A stretch of DNA of 64,000 nt, from positions 1,024,001 through 1,088,000 of the forward strand of contig CBDCXV010000001.1 in NCBI GenBank assembly GCA_965223905.1, given 5' to 3'. The stretch comes from Candidatus Latescibacterota bacterium. Lineage in GTDB: Bacteria; Latescibacterota; UBA2968; UBA8231. Made by a program: the position numbers and the translations under genes. Below, one piece after another: positions 1 to 9,125 of the stretch. The notes below the pieces were generated by a model that saw only the letters and a list, made by a program, of their open reading frames with translations, was not told the DNA's origin and did no database searches. The stretch's first letter is position 1. The number at the start of each line of letters is the position of its first letter.

Positions 1-240
1 GGGGGCGAACTCGGCTGCGGTAACGAGTAGAAACCCACCGGCGACTTCGGCGACGCGAAGGGCGTGGTTCCCCTCTTCGTACTGCTTGTTCAGGCCGTCG
101 ACAGCCTCGCGCACGTCCCTGCCGTCGAGCCCTTTGAGGGCGCCCAACAGCCTGCCCGGGGACACCGGTTCGGACGAGGTGAGAAGGATTGCTTCGATAA
201 TTGCCCGCGCCTGGCCGGGGGCGAACGGTTGACGGCTCAC
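1..240 (-). CDS. scpB: SMC-Scp complex subunit ScpB, N-terminal part (runs off window start)
   Basis: Manual translation from GTG at 240: MSRQPFAPGQARAIIEAILLTSSEPVS...LRVAEVAGGFLLVT. GTGA overlap with the scpA stop. Confidence 0.88.
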   Translation of the reverse strand, partial: MSRQPFAPGQARAIIEAILLTSSEPVSPGRLLGALKGLDGRDVREAVDGLNKQYEEGNHALRVAEVAGGFLLVTAAEFAP

Positions 241-1085
241 GGAAGCTCCGTGCTTTCGGGAGAAGGTCCGTTGCCGGGAAGCTCCGGGGGAGTAGCCGGA
301 GATGCGGCCCCGCCTGCTGGGACCTGGGCCTTTTCGCCGCCCAGGGGTTCGATCCAGATGTCGTCGAACGGCCGCGCCTGCTGCACGCGAATGCGCTGCG
401 TCTTCAGCAATTCGAGAACACCGATGAAGGTCGCTACCAGAACGTGGCGGGACTTTCCCGATGTCAATTCGAAAAAGCGCAGCCGGCCGCGGCGGTCCAG
501 TTCCTGCACCAGCCTGTCGATTGTCTCCTCGACCGAGACCTGCTCTTCGAGGATGCGGTGTACGAAGGCTGGCGGAACGCCGTCCAGGACCTGTTTGTAC
601 GCCTTGAGGAGGTCGAACAGGGAGACCGGGTGGAGCTCGGCCCCTTCGCTGTCGCGGCTGGCGTACGGACGGTTCCTGAAAATGTCGCGCTGGGCGTGGG
701 CCTGGTCCCCCAGCCAGTCGGCAATCTCCTTGAACTGCTGGTACTCGAGGAGCCGGCGAACGAGACCTTCCCGAGGGTCCTCTTCCTCCTCTCCGTCCAC
801 GTCCACGACTTCGCGAGGCAGCAGCAGCTGCGACTTGATTTTCATCAGGGTCGCGGCCATCAGCATGAAGTCGCAGGCCGGTTCCAAGTCTAGGAGATGG
901 ACCTCCCCCAGCATGCCGAGGTACTCGTTGGTGATGGCGGCGATGGGAATGTCGTAAATGTCGACTTCGTTCTTGCGGATGAGAAACAGCAGCAGGTCGA
1001 GCGGGCCCTCGAACACTTCGAGCTTGACTCCGTACTGTCCGCCCAAAGCGGTTCCCTGCTGCCTCTGTCCGGCGGTCGTTTCCAA
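237..1085 (-). CDS. scpA: Segregation and condensation protein A (kleisin)
   Basis: FEGPLDLLLFLIRKNEVDIYDIPI, DPREGLVRRLLEYQQFK and C-terminal TFIGVLELLK motifs. Adjacent to scpB. Confidence 0.95.
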   Translation of the reverse strand: METTAGQRQQGTALGGQYGVKLEVFEGPLDLLLFLIRKNEVDIYDIPIAAITNEYLGMLGEVHLLDLEPACDFMLMAATLMKIKSQLLLPREVVDVDGEEEEDPREGLVRRLLEYQQFKEIADWLGDQAHAQRDIFRNRPYASRDSEGAELHPVSLFDLLKAYKQVLDGVPPAFVHRILEEQVSVEETIDRLVQELDRRGRLRFFELTSGKSRHVLVATFIGVLELLKTQRIRVQQARPFDDIWIEPLGGEKAQVPAGGAASPATPPELPGNGPSPESTELP

Positions 1086-1094
1086 TACGATGAT

Positions 1095-1601
1095 CTAGTC
1101 GATGAACAGGTAGGGTTTCCAGCGCTGGTCCGTCACTCCAACGAAGTCGCGGATGAAGCTGACGTTGTTGGGGCGCTTGGGCCGCCGTTTCAGGGAGAGA
1201 CCTGCCTGCTCCGGCCGCCGGTCCCCCTTCATGGCGTTGCAGCCGGCACAGGCGGTTACCAGGTTTTCCCACGATTCGGCGCCGCCGTGTCTCTTGGGAA
1301 CGATGTGGTCGATCGTCATCTTGCGGTCGCTTTTGCCGCAATACTGGCACTGGTGGTTGTCGCGCCGCATCACGTTGCGCTTCGACAGCACCACGCGGCG
1401 CCTGGGCGCGCGCACGTATCGCTCAAGCCTGACCACGCTCGGGACCGGGAATTCGCGGGACACCGAGCGCACGACGGACTCGGAGATCTCGACGTTTTCG
1501 GCCTTTCCTCTGAACAGAAGCACCAGCGCACGCCTGACGCTGCAGACGTTGAGCGGCTCGTAGTTCTGGTTGAGAACCAGGACGGTATTCTCGAGTAGCA
1601 C
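1095..1601 (-). CDS. HNH endonuclease family protein
   Basis: VLVLNQNYEPL N-terminus; RDNHQCQYCG..TIDHIVPKRHGG..WENLVTACAGCNAMKG HNH/Zn motif. Confidence 0.92.
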   Translation of the reverse strand: MLLENTVLVLNQNYEPLNVCSVRRALVLLFRGKAENVEISESVVRSVSREFPVPSVVRLERYVRAPRRRVVLSKRNVMRRDNHQCQYCGKSDRKMTIDHIVPKRHGGAESWENLVTACAGCNAMKGDRRPEQAGLSLKRRPKRPNNVSFIRDFVGVTDQRWKPYLFID

Positions 1602-1810
1602 GCTTGAGTAGCTCGCGGGATTTCCCGGAAACCGCGGTAGATCGGCGCTGGAGGATGGACTGCGGAGACGTGGCGAAATCGAGTCGGCTCAACCCCATTC
1701 AGCGGTCCGGAACCTACTGCGGCGACCCCTTTCCAAAGCCGCTTCCAGGGGTGCAGAACGATAGCGAAGTATCCTTGAAAATTAAAAATGATACTAGAGG
1801 GAGGCAATTG

Positions 1811-1847
1811 TGAAGAAAGCAGCCGGGGGGTGAAACCCTGGCGGCTT
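1811..1847 (-). terminator. Possible intrinsic terminator downstream of gcvH
   Basis: Minus-strand hairpin AGCCG..GGG-TTTCA-CCC..CGGCT followed by GCTTTCTTC. Confidence 0.4.
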
Positions 1848-1894
1848 GGAGCCGGTCCTGCACCTCGAAGGCGGCGAGAGGCCAACGGGGAGAG

Positions 1895-2287
1895 TCAGGC
1901 TCCGGAAATCAACTCGGCGTAGTCCCGGGGGCTGAGGAGCTCCGCCAACTCGTCCTGGTCGGAGCAGCGGATCCGGATCATCCAACCGGCCCCGTAGGGC
2001 TCCTTGTTGACCTGCTCCGCATCGGCCTCGAGCGATTCGTTGACCTCCACCACCTCGCCGCTCAGGGGAGCGTAAATCTCCTCCACGGTCTTCACCGCCT
2101 CGACGGTCCCGAAGCGTTCCCCTTTCCGCAGGGTCTGTCCGACCTCGGGAAGCTCGACGAACACGATGTCGCCGAGCTCGGACTGGGCGTAATCCGTAAT
2201 CCCGACCGTGCCGACATCGCTGTCCATCGCCACCCACTCGTGATCCTCGGTGTAGCTGAGCTCTTCGGGAACATTCGTATCAGACAT
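1895..2287 (-). CDS. gcvH: Glycine cleavage system H protein
   Basis: YTEDHEW, GITDYAQSELGDIVFVELP and lipoyl-lysine motif VEAVKTV. Confidence 0.96.
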   Translation of the reverse strand: MSDTNVPEELSYTEDHEWVAMDSDVGTVGITDYAQSELGDIVFVELPEVGQTLRKGERFGTVEAVKTVEEIYAPLSGEVVEVNESLEADAEQVNKEPYGAGWMIRIRCSDQDELAELLSPRDYAELISGA

Positions 2288-2311
2288 GGAGATCCTCTGG
2301 TTGGCCCCGAT

Positions 2312-3667
2312 TCAGACCGCGACCTTCCCGTCGCGGCTGCGGGTGACGAACTCGGTGTCGAACCGTCCCTCGACGAACTCCGGGTTTTCGAGGAGATCGC
2401 GATGGAACGGCAGGGTCGTCGCCACCCCTTCGATGGTGACCTCTGCCAGCACCCGCCGCATGCGGGCGATCGCCTGGGCGCGGTCGCGGCCGCAGGTGAC
2501 GACCTTGGCGAGGAGGGAATCGTAGTAGGGCGGCACCTCGTACCCCTGGTAGATGTGGCTGTCGATGCGCAGGCCCGGTCCTCCCGGCAGGTGCAGGGCG
2601 GTGATGGTTCCGGCCGAGGGCATGAAATTCTTGTCCGGGTCCTCGGCGTTGATGCGGCATTCGATGGCGTGCCCGGTGAGGGCGAGGTCTTCCTGGCCGT
2701 ACCCCAACCTTTCGCCTCCGGCTACCCGGATCATCTCGCCGATCAGGTCGACTCCCGACACCATCTCGGTTACCGGGTGCTCGACCTGGATGCGCTTGTT
2801 CATCTCCAGGAAGTAGAACTCCCCGTCGCCGTCGACCAGGAATTCGACGGTTCCCGCGCTGGCGTAGCCGACGCTGGCGGCACCTCTCACAGCCGCTTCA
2901 CCAAGCCGGCGCCGCAGCGCCTCGTCGACCGCGGGGGAGGGACTCTCTTCGAGCAGCTTCTGGTGGCGCCGCTGGATGGAGCACTCCCGCTCGCCGAGAT
3001 GGACGACCGTGCCGTGGTGGTCGCCGAGCACCTGGATTTCGATGTGGCGGGCGTTGTCGAGTGAACGCTCCATGTAGAGCGCGTCGCTGGTGAAGGCGGA
3101 GCGCGCTTCGAGGCGGGCAATCCGCCAGGCTTCCTCGAGCTCCTCCTCGCCGTTGACGACCCGCATGCCGCGTCCCCCGCCTCCCAAGGCCGCCTTCAGG
3201 CGCAGCGGATAACCGATCTCGGCGGCCAGGTGGCGGGCCTCTTCGAGGGAGCCTACGTCCCCTCGGCTTCCGGGAATCACCGGGACCCCGGCTTTCTCCA
3301 TGCAGCGCCGGGCAGCGGCCTTGTCCCCCATGCGGTGGAACGCCGCTACCGGCGGACCGATGAAGGTGATGCCGCACGATTCGCACAGCTCGGCGAAATC
3401 CGCGTTCTCCGCCAGCGGTCCGTACCCGGGGTGCACGGCGTCGGCATTGGTCAGGTTCGCGGCGCTGAGGATGTTCGCGAAGTGGCGGTAGCTTGCCTCG
3501 CCGGGGGGCGGGCCGATGCAGACATCCTCGTCGGCCATGTGGACGTGAAGCGAGCGCGCGTCGGCCTCGGAGTAGACGGCAACGGTGCGAATACCGAGAT
3601 CCCGGCAGGTGCGGATGACGCGCAGCGCGATTTCCCCGCGGTCGGCGACCAGGATCTTTTCGAACAC
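2312..3667 (-). CDS. accC: Acetyl-CoA carboxylase biotin carboxylase subunit
   Basis: RGEIALRV, HPGYG..AEN, GGGGRGM, ERECSIQRRHQK, FLEMNKRIQVEHPVTE, YYDSLLAK. Confidence 0.95.
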   Translation of the reverse strand: MFEKILVADRGEIALRVIRTCRDLGIRTVAVYSEADARSLHVHMADEDVCIGPPPGEASYRHFANILSAANLTNADAVHPGYGPLAENADFAELCESCGITFIGPPVAAFHRMGDKAAARRCMEKAGVPVIPGSRGDVGSLEEARHLAAEIGYPLRLKAALGGGGRGMRVVNGEEELEEAWRIARLEARSAFTSDALYMERSLDNARHIEIQVLGDHHGTVVHLGERECSIQRRHQKLLEESPSPAVDEALRRRLGEAAVRGAASVGYASAGTVEFLVDGDGEFYFLEMNKRIQVEHPVTEMVSGVDLIGEMIRVAGGERLGYGQEDLALTGHAIECRINAEDPDKNFMPSAGTITALHLPGGPGLRIDSHIYQGYEVPPYYDSLLAKVVTCGRDRAQAIARMRRVLAEVTIEGVATTLPFHRDLLENPEFVEGRFDTEFVTRSRDGKVAV

Positions 3668-3668
3668 G

Positions 3669-4160
3669 TTACGCGGTCCGCAGGGTCAGCAACGGCTGGT
3701 TGTACTCGACAGGGTCGCCGTTGGCCGCGAGGATTTCGACGACCTCACCCCCGGCGTCCGCCTCGATCTCGTTCATGATCTTCATGGCCTCGATGATGCA
3801 GAGGGTCTGTCCAACGACAACCTTCTCGCCGGTCTCGGTGAAGGGGTCTGCCTCAGGTGACGAGGAGCGGAAGAAGGTGCCGACCATGGGGGAGCGGATG
3901 ACGTGGAGGTCTTCGGCGGCTTCCGATTCCCGCGGTGCCTCCTCCTTTGGTTCGGGTGCAGCCTGTGGAGCGGCCGCGGGGGCGGGATGCGGCGCCGGGG
4001 GCGCCTGCAGGTGCACGGTCTCGATGGTTCTTTCCGCGGACCCGCGGCGTTTTCCGAGACGAACGCGGATTCCGCGCCAGAAGCTCTCTCGGTACTCCAG
4101 CTCCTCGACCTCGCTCTCTTCGAAGATCTCGATCAGCTTTCTCAGGTTTTTTTCGTTCAC
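3669..4160 (-). CDS. accB: Biotin carboxyl carrier protein
   Basis: SPMVGTFF, biotinylation motif EAMKIMNEI and Pro/Ala linker. Confidence 0.96.
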   Translation of the reverse strand: MNEKNLRKLIEIFEESEVEELEYRESFWRGIRVRLGKRRGSAERTIETVHLQAPPAPHPAPAAAPQAAPEPKEEAPRESEAAEDLHVIRSPMVGTFFRSSSPEADPFTETGEKVVVGQTLCIIEAMKIMNEIEADAGGEVVEILAANGDPVEYNQPLLTLRTA

Positions 4161-4170
4161 GCGGCAGCCC

Positions 4171-4728
4171 TCAGACGCGTTCGACGTATTCGCCGGTGCG
4201 CGTGTCGATTTTCAGTTTCTCCCCTCGATCGACGAACAGGGGCACGGAGACGACGGCACCGGTTTCGAGGGTCGCCGGTTTGGTCGATCCCTGCGCCGTA
4301 TCCCCCCTGACGCCCGGTTCCGTGTGTTCGACCGTGAGTTCGACGAAATTCGGCAGCTCCACGGCCAAAGGGACCCCGTCGGCAACCGATACGTAGGTTG
4401 TCTCGTTCTCGACGAGAAACCGGGCGGCGTCCCCGACGGTCTCGCGGGGCAGCTGCGTCTGCTCGTACGTCTCCGAGTCCATGAAATGAAAAAAGTCGCT
4501 TTCGGAATACAGGAACTGCATCTCGCGTTTCTCTATGCGGATATCCTTTACCTTGTCCCCCGAGCGAAAGGTGCGGTCGATCACAGCACCGGTGCGCACG
4601 TTCTTGAGCTTGGTGCGCACGAAGGCGCCTCCCTTTCCGGGCTTGACGTGCTGGAACTCGACGATGCTGTAGATCGCCTCCTCCAGGGTCATCGTGAATC
4701 CGTTGCGGAAGTCTGAGGTGTCAGCCAT
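4171..4728 (-). CDS. efp: Elongation factor P
   Basis: Real start ATG 4728 (MADTSDFRNG) after GGAGAG. HVKPGKGGAFVRTKL, PGVRGDT and KIDTRTGEYVER motifs. Confidence 0.96.
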   Translation of the reverse strand: MADTSDFRNGFTMTLEEAIYSIVEFQHVKPGKGGAFVRTKLKNVRTGAVIDRTFRSGDKVKDIRIEKREMQFLYSESDFFHFMDSETYEQTQLPRETVGDAARFLVENETTYVSVADGVPLAVELPNFVELTVEHTEPGVRGDTAQGSTKPATLETGAVVSVPLFVDRGEKLKIDTRTGEYVERV

Positions 4729-4759
4729 TCTCTCCTCTGGCAAGTGAGCCTGCGGCCGC

Positions 4760-6184
4760 TCAGGACTCGAGGGCCTGTTCCAGGCTGTCGAGTCTCGCTC
4801 TGATCCCGTCGTCGTCGGGACGCAGCCGCAGGAGATCCCTGTAGATATCGATCCCCTTGCTGGCGATTCCCTGTTGAATGTACAACTCGGCGAGGGTAAC
4901 CGTCGGTACCGGCGCGGTGCGCTCTTCCCCGCCGGCCCCGATGACGGGTGGCCCCGGGGCGCTCTCTCGGCCGGTTTCGATCTCGGAAAGCAGGCCTTCA
5001 AGCTCGTGGTCGTCGCGGCCGGACAACCTTGCGACCGGGCGTTCCGGCTCGGCGGCACCGGAAGAACCGATTTCGGTGCCGCGGGCAACGGCGCGCCCCG
5101 CCGGTGGTGCGGCCGGCAGCCCGGCCTCCGGTTCCGACGCGGGATCCAACGTCTCCTCGGGAGGCCCGCCGGATCCGGCACCGGCTTCCATGTCCTCCCG
5201 CTCCGACACCAGATAAAACACCCCTGTTCGCCCGCGGTCGCGGAAGCCGGGCTCCGCCTTTTCGAAGGGGGAAACATCCGGGGCGGAGTCTGCAGAGGGA
5301 ACCTCTCCGGAGGACGGTTCCTCTGCCGACAGGCCACTGCCCGGCGCCGGGTTCCCGTCTCCGCCACCGACTGGAACAGGGGGAGCTTCGGCTGCATCGT
5401 GCGGGCCGGCGCCTGCATTGCGGGGATCTTCCTGCACGGTACCGGCCGGCTCACCGGGATACACCGATCCTCCGGGGGATTCGGGTACAGGCGGGGATTT
5501 TCCCTCTGCGGCAGAAACCGCGGACCCGACGGAGGCCGATGGCTCGCCATCGAACGGACTCTCCGCACGGGGCGGCTCGCCATTGGAGGCTTCCCGGTCC
5601 ATGCCCGGCTCGTCGGGGAAGCCGGCAGCCGCTTCGCCGGCAGGAGGGGCTTCTCCCCCGGCTGCCGGCGACGGCACCGGAACCGCTGTCCCCGTTTCCA
5701 CCTTGCCCCCTTCTTCCCTTTCCGCCGGCACCTCTCTTCCCGCCACCGCCTTCGGGGCAGGAGGAAGGACCAGCGGCGCGGCAGCGGATCGCCTGCGCAG
5801 CCGCTCCGCCTCGCGTTGGAGGTCCCCGCTGTACGGGTCGAGAAAAGCGGCCTGCCGCATGCATTGCAGCGCCAGGGAAATTTCGCCGAGTCGTTCGTAC
5901 GCAGCCGACAGGGCGGCGAACCCGACGGGGTTCTCCGGGTCGAGCCGCAGCGCCCGGTCGAGGGCGTTGCGCGCCTCCTCGAAGTTGCCCCGGGCCTGGT
6001 AGCAGCGACCGAGAAGGAGAAATCCGGTCGGGTAGTCGGGAAAGCGCTCGCAACCCTCCTGGCAAAGCGCGAGCGCGCGGGCGACTCGCCTGCGGAGGAG
6101 GTGTTCGTCGGCGACCCGGGCGAACAGCGGAATCCCCGGGTTTTCGCGCAGGGCCTTTTCGAGTTTTTTAATCCGGAAAAGCAA
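4760..6184 (-). CDS. TPR protein with long acidic Pro/Gly-rich linker (start uncertain)
   Basis: N-terminal TPRs (LLGRCYQARGNFEEARNALDRALRLDPEN), low-complexity middle, C-terminal TVTLAELYIQQG helix pair. Confidence 0.8.
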   Translation of the reverse strand: MLFRIKKLEKALRENPGIPLFARVADEHLLRRRVARALALCQEGCERFPDYPTGFLLLGRCYQARGNFEEARNALDRALRLDPENPVGFAALSAAYERLGEISLALQCMRQAAFLDPYSGDLQREAERLRRRSAAAPLVLPPAPKAVAGREVPAEREEGGKVETGTAVPVPSPAAGGEAPPAGEAAAGFPDEPGMDREASNGEPPRAESPFDGEPSASVGSAVSAAEGKSPPVPESPGGSVYPGEPAGTVQEDPRNAGAGPHDAAEAPPVPVGGGDGNPAPGSGLSAEEPSSGEVPSADSAPDVSPFEKAEPGFRDRGRTGVFYLVSEREDMEAGAGSGGPPEETLDPASEPEAGLPAAPPAGRAVARGTEIGSSGAAEPERPVARLSGRDDHELEGLLSEIETGRESAPGPPVIGAGGEERTAPVPTVTLAELYIQQGIASKGIDIYRDLLRLRPDDDGIRARLDSLEQALES

Positions 6185-6461
6185 GGTAAGAGCCGTTCAT
6201 TCGGCATGGCCGGGCGACCCATCCGGGACGCCTGCCGCGCCATTCTCCTGCCTCCAAGTGTTTCGGCGCTTTCCCGGACGGATCCACCCGTCTCCCGGAG
6301 TCTTCTTCGCTCGTGGCTCGCGACCCGGTTCTGCCAACGGCATCCCGGCGGACTGGATTGCGCCGATCTGTTTCAGCGACAGGACACTAGACGGCGTGCA
6401 GAGGGCTGTCAAGGAGAACGCGGCAGGGGAATTCCGGGCCTGTGAAGGGGGCCTGGATTCG

Positions 6462-6490
6462 TTGACAGTGTACAGGGGGGGCTCTATCTT
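6462..6490 (+). promoter_or_regulatory. Sigma70-type promoter for tRNA-Lys
   Basis: TTGACA (6462-6467), 17 bp spacer, TATCTT (6485-6490). Confidence 0.7.
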
Positions 6491-6578
6491 CGCCGAATTC
6501 CGGCGCCTGTCCGCAACAGTTCCGAATTGTGCGACAAGCGAGTGCGAACGTAAGTCTCCCAGACGCTCATTGGGGGCA

Positions 6579-6651
6579 GCGCCTATAGCTCAGTTGGTAG
6601 AGCGGCTGACTCTTAATCAGCGGGTCCGGGGTTCGAGTCCCTGTGGGCGCA
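6579..6651 (+). tRNA. tRNA-Lys (anticodon CTT), CCA not encoded
   Basis: Acceptor GCGCCTA/TGGGCGC, D-arm TAGCTCAGTTGGTAGAGC, anticodon arm CTGA-CT-CTT-AA-TCAG, T-loop GGTTCGAGTCC. Confidence 0.96.
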
Positions 6652-6693
6652 CAAAAAATCCAGCCGCCGGCTTCGGCGGTGATCGCCATCCTG

Positions 6694-6722
6694 CCCCCGA
6701 GGGGTTGTCCCCTCGGGGGTTT
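6694..6722 (+). terminator. Intrinsic terminator after tRNA-Lys
   Basis: Perfect 11-bp stem CCCCCGAGGGG-TTGT-CCCCTCGGGGG followed by TTT. Confidence 0.7.
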
Positions 6723-7119
6723 GTCGTATCTGGCGGTCAGAAACATCTGATCCAGCCGCACTCTATGTCCGGACAGGCCTGCCGGGTGACGTGGTATTTC
6801 TCCGAAGCTGTTACCCGGGGGCACGAGGAAGTCGAAGAGAGCGGCCACGTCCCTGCGTACGACTCGACCTTCGCCGATGCACTGACGGCTTGGCTGCTGT
6901 CGCAGCGGTAAGGGGCGCGGGTTGCGGGGAAGGGCCGCAGGACTGCCCTCAAGTTCACCGATTTGGGTCGAGTGGGAGACCGCCGAAGCTCAAGGAAATG
7001 CCGTGCCGTGAAGTCGCTGACCGGGGACTGGGATTGTTTTTCAACTGACGAGGGAGCATTGGGAGAAGTAGATGGTCCGGCCATCTGCTCCTTGGCCTTG
7101 AAGGAGATCTGAAAACAGG

Positions 7120-8271
7120 ATGCACAAGTTTCCATCGATACTGGTTCCGCTACTTGCCCTGACCCTGGCAGGCTGTGGCGGAAATGACCCGGCTGCTCCC
7201 AGCCCGGCGGAAACCGTCAGGATCGGTTTTCTCGCCGCGGGGGACCGCGTGACCTATGTGGACGCCGCGGGGATAGCGGTGACCGAGGCAAACGAGCGCG
7301 GGGGCGTGCTCGGCATGCAGGTCGAGCTGGTTTCCCGTATCGAAATAGAGGAAGCCTCTGTCTCGGTCGAGACCGCCGAGAGGATGATTCTCCAGGACGA
7401 GGTCATCGCTCTCGTCGGCCCCAACCGCTCTTCCCATGCCATTGCAGTCGGAGAACTCGCGCAGCGGCACGGCCTGCCCATGGTGACCACCTCTGCGACC
7501 AACCCGGACGTTACGAAAGCGGGGAATTTCGTCTTCATGGCGGCTTTCACCGACATGTTTCAAGGGCAGGTGATGGCGCAGTTCGCCAGGGAAGAGCTCG
7601 GCTTGGCCAGAGTTGTGGTCCTGACACGAAGCGGCGAGGTCTATACCGAGGGGATATCCGAGTTTTTCCGGTCTGTTTTCAGTGACTCGGGCGGGGAGGT
7701 CGTCGCCAACGAGTTCTACGACAGCGGAGAGACCGATTTCGCCGAGCAGCTGGGACGCATTTCCGCGGCGCAGCCAGAGGCGCTCTTCATATCCGGGTTT
7801 GCGCAGGAAATCGCCCTGGCGACGCAGCAGGCGAGAGCGATACCTCTGCAGAATGCCGAAGGCGAACCGGTGCTTTTCCTCGGAGCCGACTCGTGGGACA
7901 ATCCGAACCTGCTTGGCAACGAGGCCGCCGAGCTCGAAGGCAGCTTCTTCACCACCCACTTTTCTCCAGATACCGATGAACCGGGTGCGCGCCGGTTCAT
8001 CGACACATATCAGTCGCTGTACGGGAGCACTCCCAGCGGCGGCGATGCGGTGAGTTACGATGGGGTCCGGCTGCTTCTCGGAGCGATCGAGCGGGCCGGC
8101 AGTCTCGAGCCGGAGGCAGTCCGGGAACAACTGGCAGCGACCAGGGATTATGCCGGCGCCACCCGTATCGCCGGTTACGACGAAAACCGGCACCCGGTCA
8201 AAAGCGCGGTCATCATGATCATCAGGGACGGGGTCGGGAGATTCCACACGCAGATCGACCCCGGCCAGTAA
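7120..8271 (+). CDS. Branched-chain amino acid (LivJ/K-type) ABC substrate-binding lipoprotein
   Basis: Lipobox LAGC; NERGGVLG, VGPNRSS, SATNPDVT, GETDFAEQL, LGADSWD. Confidence 0.88.
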   Translation: MHKFPSILVPLLALTLAGCGGNDPAAPSPAETVRIGFLAAGDRVTYVDAAGIAVTEANERGGVLGMQVELVSRIEIEEASVSVETAERMILQDEVIALVGPNRSSHAIAVGELAQRHGLPMVTTSATNPDVTKAGNFVFMAAFTDMFQGQVMAQFAREELGLARVVVLTRSGEVYTEGISEFFRSVFSDSGGEVVANEFYDSGETDFAEQLGRISAAQPEALFISGFAQEIALATQQARAIPLQNAEGEPVLFLGADSWDNPNLLGNEAAELEGSFFTTHFSPDTDEPGARRFIDTYQSLYGSTPSGGDAVSYDGVRLLLGAIERAGSLEPEAVREQLAATRDYAGATRIAGYDENRHPVKSAVIMIIRDGVGRFHTQIDPGQ

Positions 8272-8340
8272 GCACAGGCCGGAGTGCAGGTGGTCCTGCC
8301 GGACTGAAAAGCCGGTCGATTGAAGATCCTCTTCAGCGGT

Positions 8341-8869
8341 TCAGAAAGCGTAGCTCAGCGCTATTCCAGGGGCGCTCGCCCCCGGCCCGGTCCGCGCACC
8401 TACCGACAGATCGAGCCGCTTGCCGTACTTGAACCGCACCCGATCGCGCTTCTCCTCGATGGTTTGGATGCCGTGGACGAAGTCCGCTGCGAGGGTAAGC
8501 GCCCCGAGCAGGATCAGCGGACCGCCGGGCAGGAAGTCCGGCTCCCGCTTCTGCTCCCGCAGGCGGTACTGGGTGGTCTCGCCGTCGATCTCCACGGGGA
8601 TCTTCTCGTACCGGCGCTCCCGGTCCTTGTCGCCGGCGTTGAGCATCAGGACTTCGAAATCCGACTTGGGGAAGTCCCCCTCTCCCAGCAGGACGGCGCC
8701 CGCGGCGATCGAGGCCGCGCCGAGGAGGCCGGTAGCAAGAAGCCGCCGGCCGGTCTTCGGCTCCCCGGCGTAGAAGTGAATCATCCCAGGCACCGGGGAT
8801 GGCGCTCAGCGCCAGGCCGACCGAGAGGCGGCGGTTCATGTCGCGATACGAACCATTACGTCCGCCCAT
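8341..8869 (-). pseudogene. Frameshifted small membrane/hypothetical protein
   Basis: Removing one G from the G4 run at 8795-8798 joins MNRRLSVGLALSAIP to VPGMIHFYAGEPKTG...GIALSYAF. Confidence 0.5.
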
Positions 8870-9064
8870 GGTGACGGCGGATATCCGGAACGTCCAACTC
8901 TGTGATTATGGGGTTAGGCTGGGCCGTCGCCTTCAAGCGACTTTCCGGCGGGCGGTCCGGATTCGCGCTGCCACCCCCAGTCGAGGTTTTGACTGTAGAT
9001 GAGAATATTCGGCGGGCGTGTTTCGATGCAATCGCACCTCTGCATTGCGAGCCGCGGAACCTTG

Positions 9065-9093
9065 TTGACGCCCTGTCGGGTGCGGTTTACCCT
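9065..9093 (+). promoter_or_regulatory. Candidate sigma70 promoter of the 9126-16728 operon
   Basis: TTGACG, 17 bp spacer, TACCCT, about 30 bp upstream of the ATG. Confidence 0.45.
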
Positions 9094-9125
9094 GAACGGT
9101 TTCCCGTCACTGAAGGAAAACATCC

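Noticed and set aside
1095-1601. HNH plus scpAB as a Wadjet-like defence system
   Set aside because: ScpA and ScpB look like housekeeping types, this small HNH family is widespread, and no JetC/JetD-like gene is visible in the window.
6177-6200. Possible 1-nt frameshift giving the TPR gene an ATG start (MNGSYLAFRIKK)
   Set aside because: Plausible, but cannot be told apart from a true TTG start or a homopolymer error without reads.
4171-6243. 690-aa ORF appearing to be an N-terminally extended EF-P
   Set aside because: The extension is an Arg/Pro-rich shadow frame over the TPR gene; EF-P has its own RBS and ATG at 4728.
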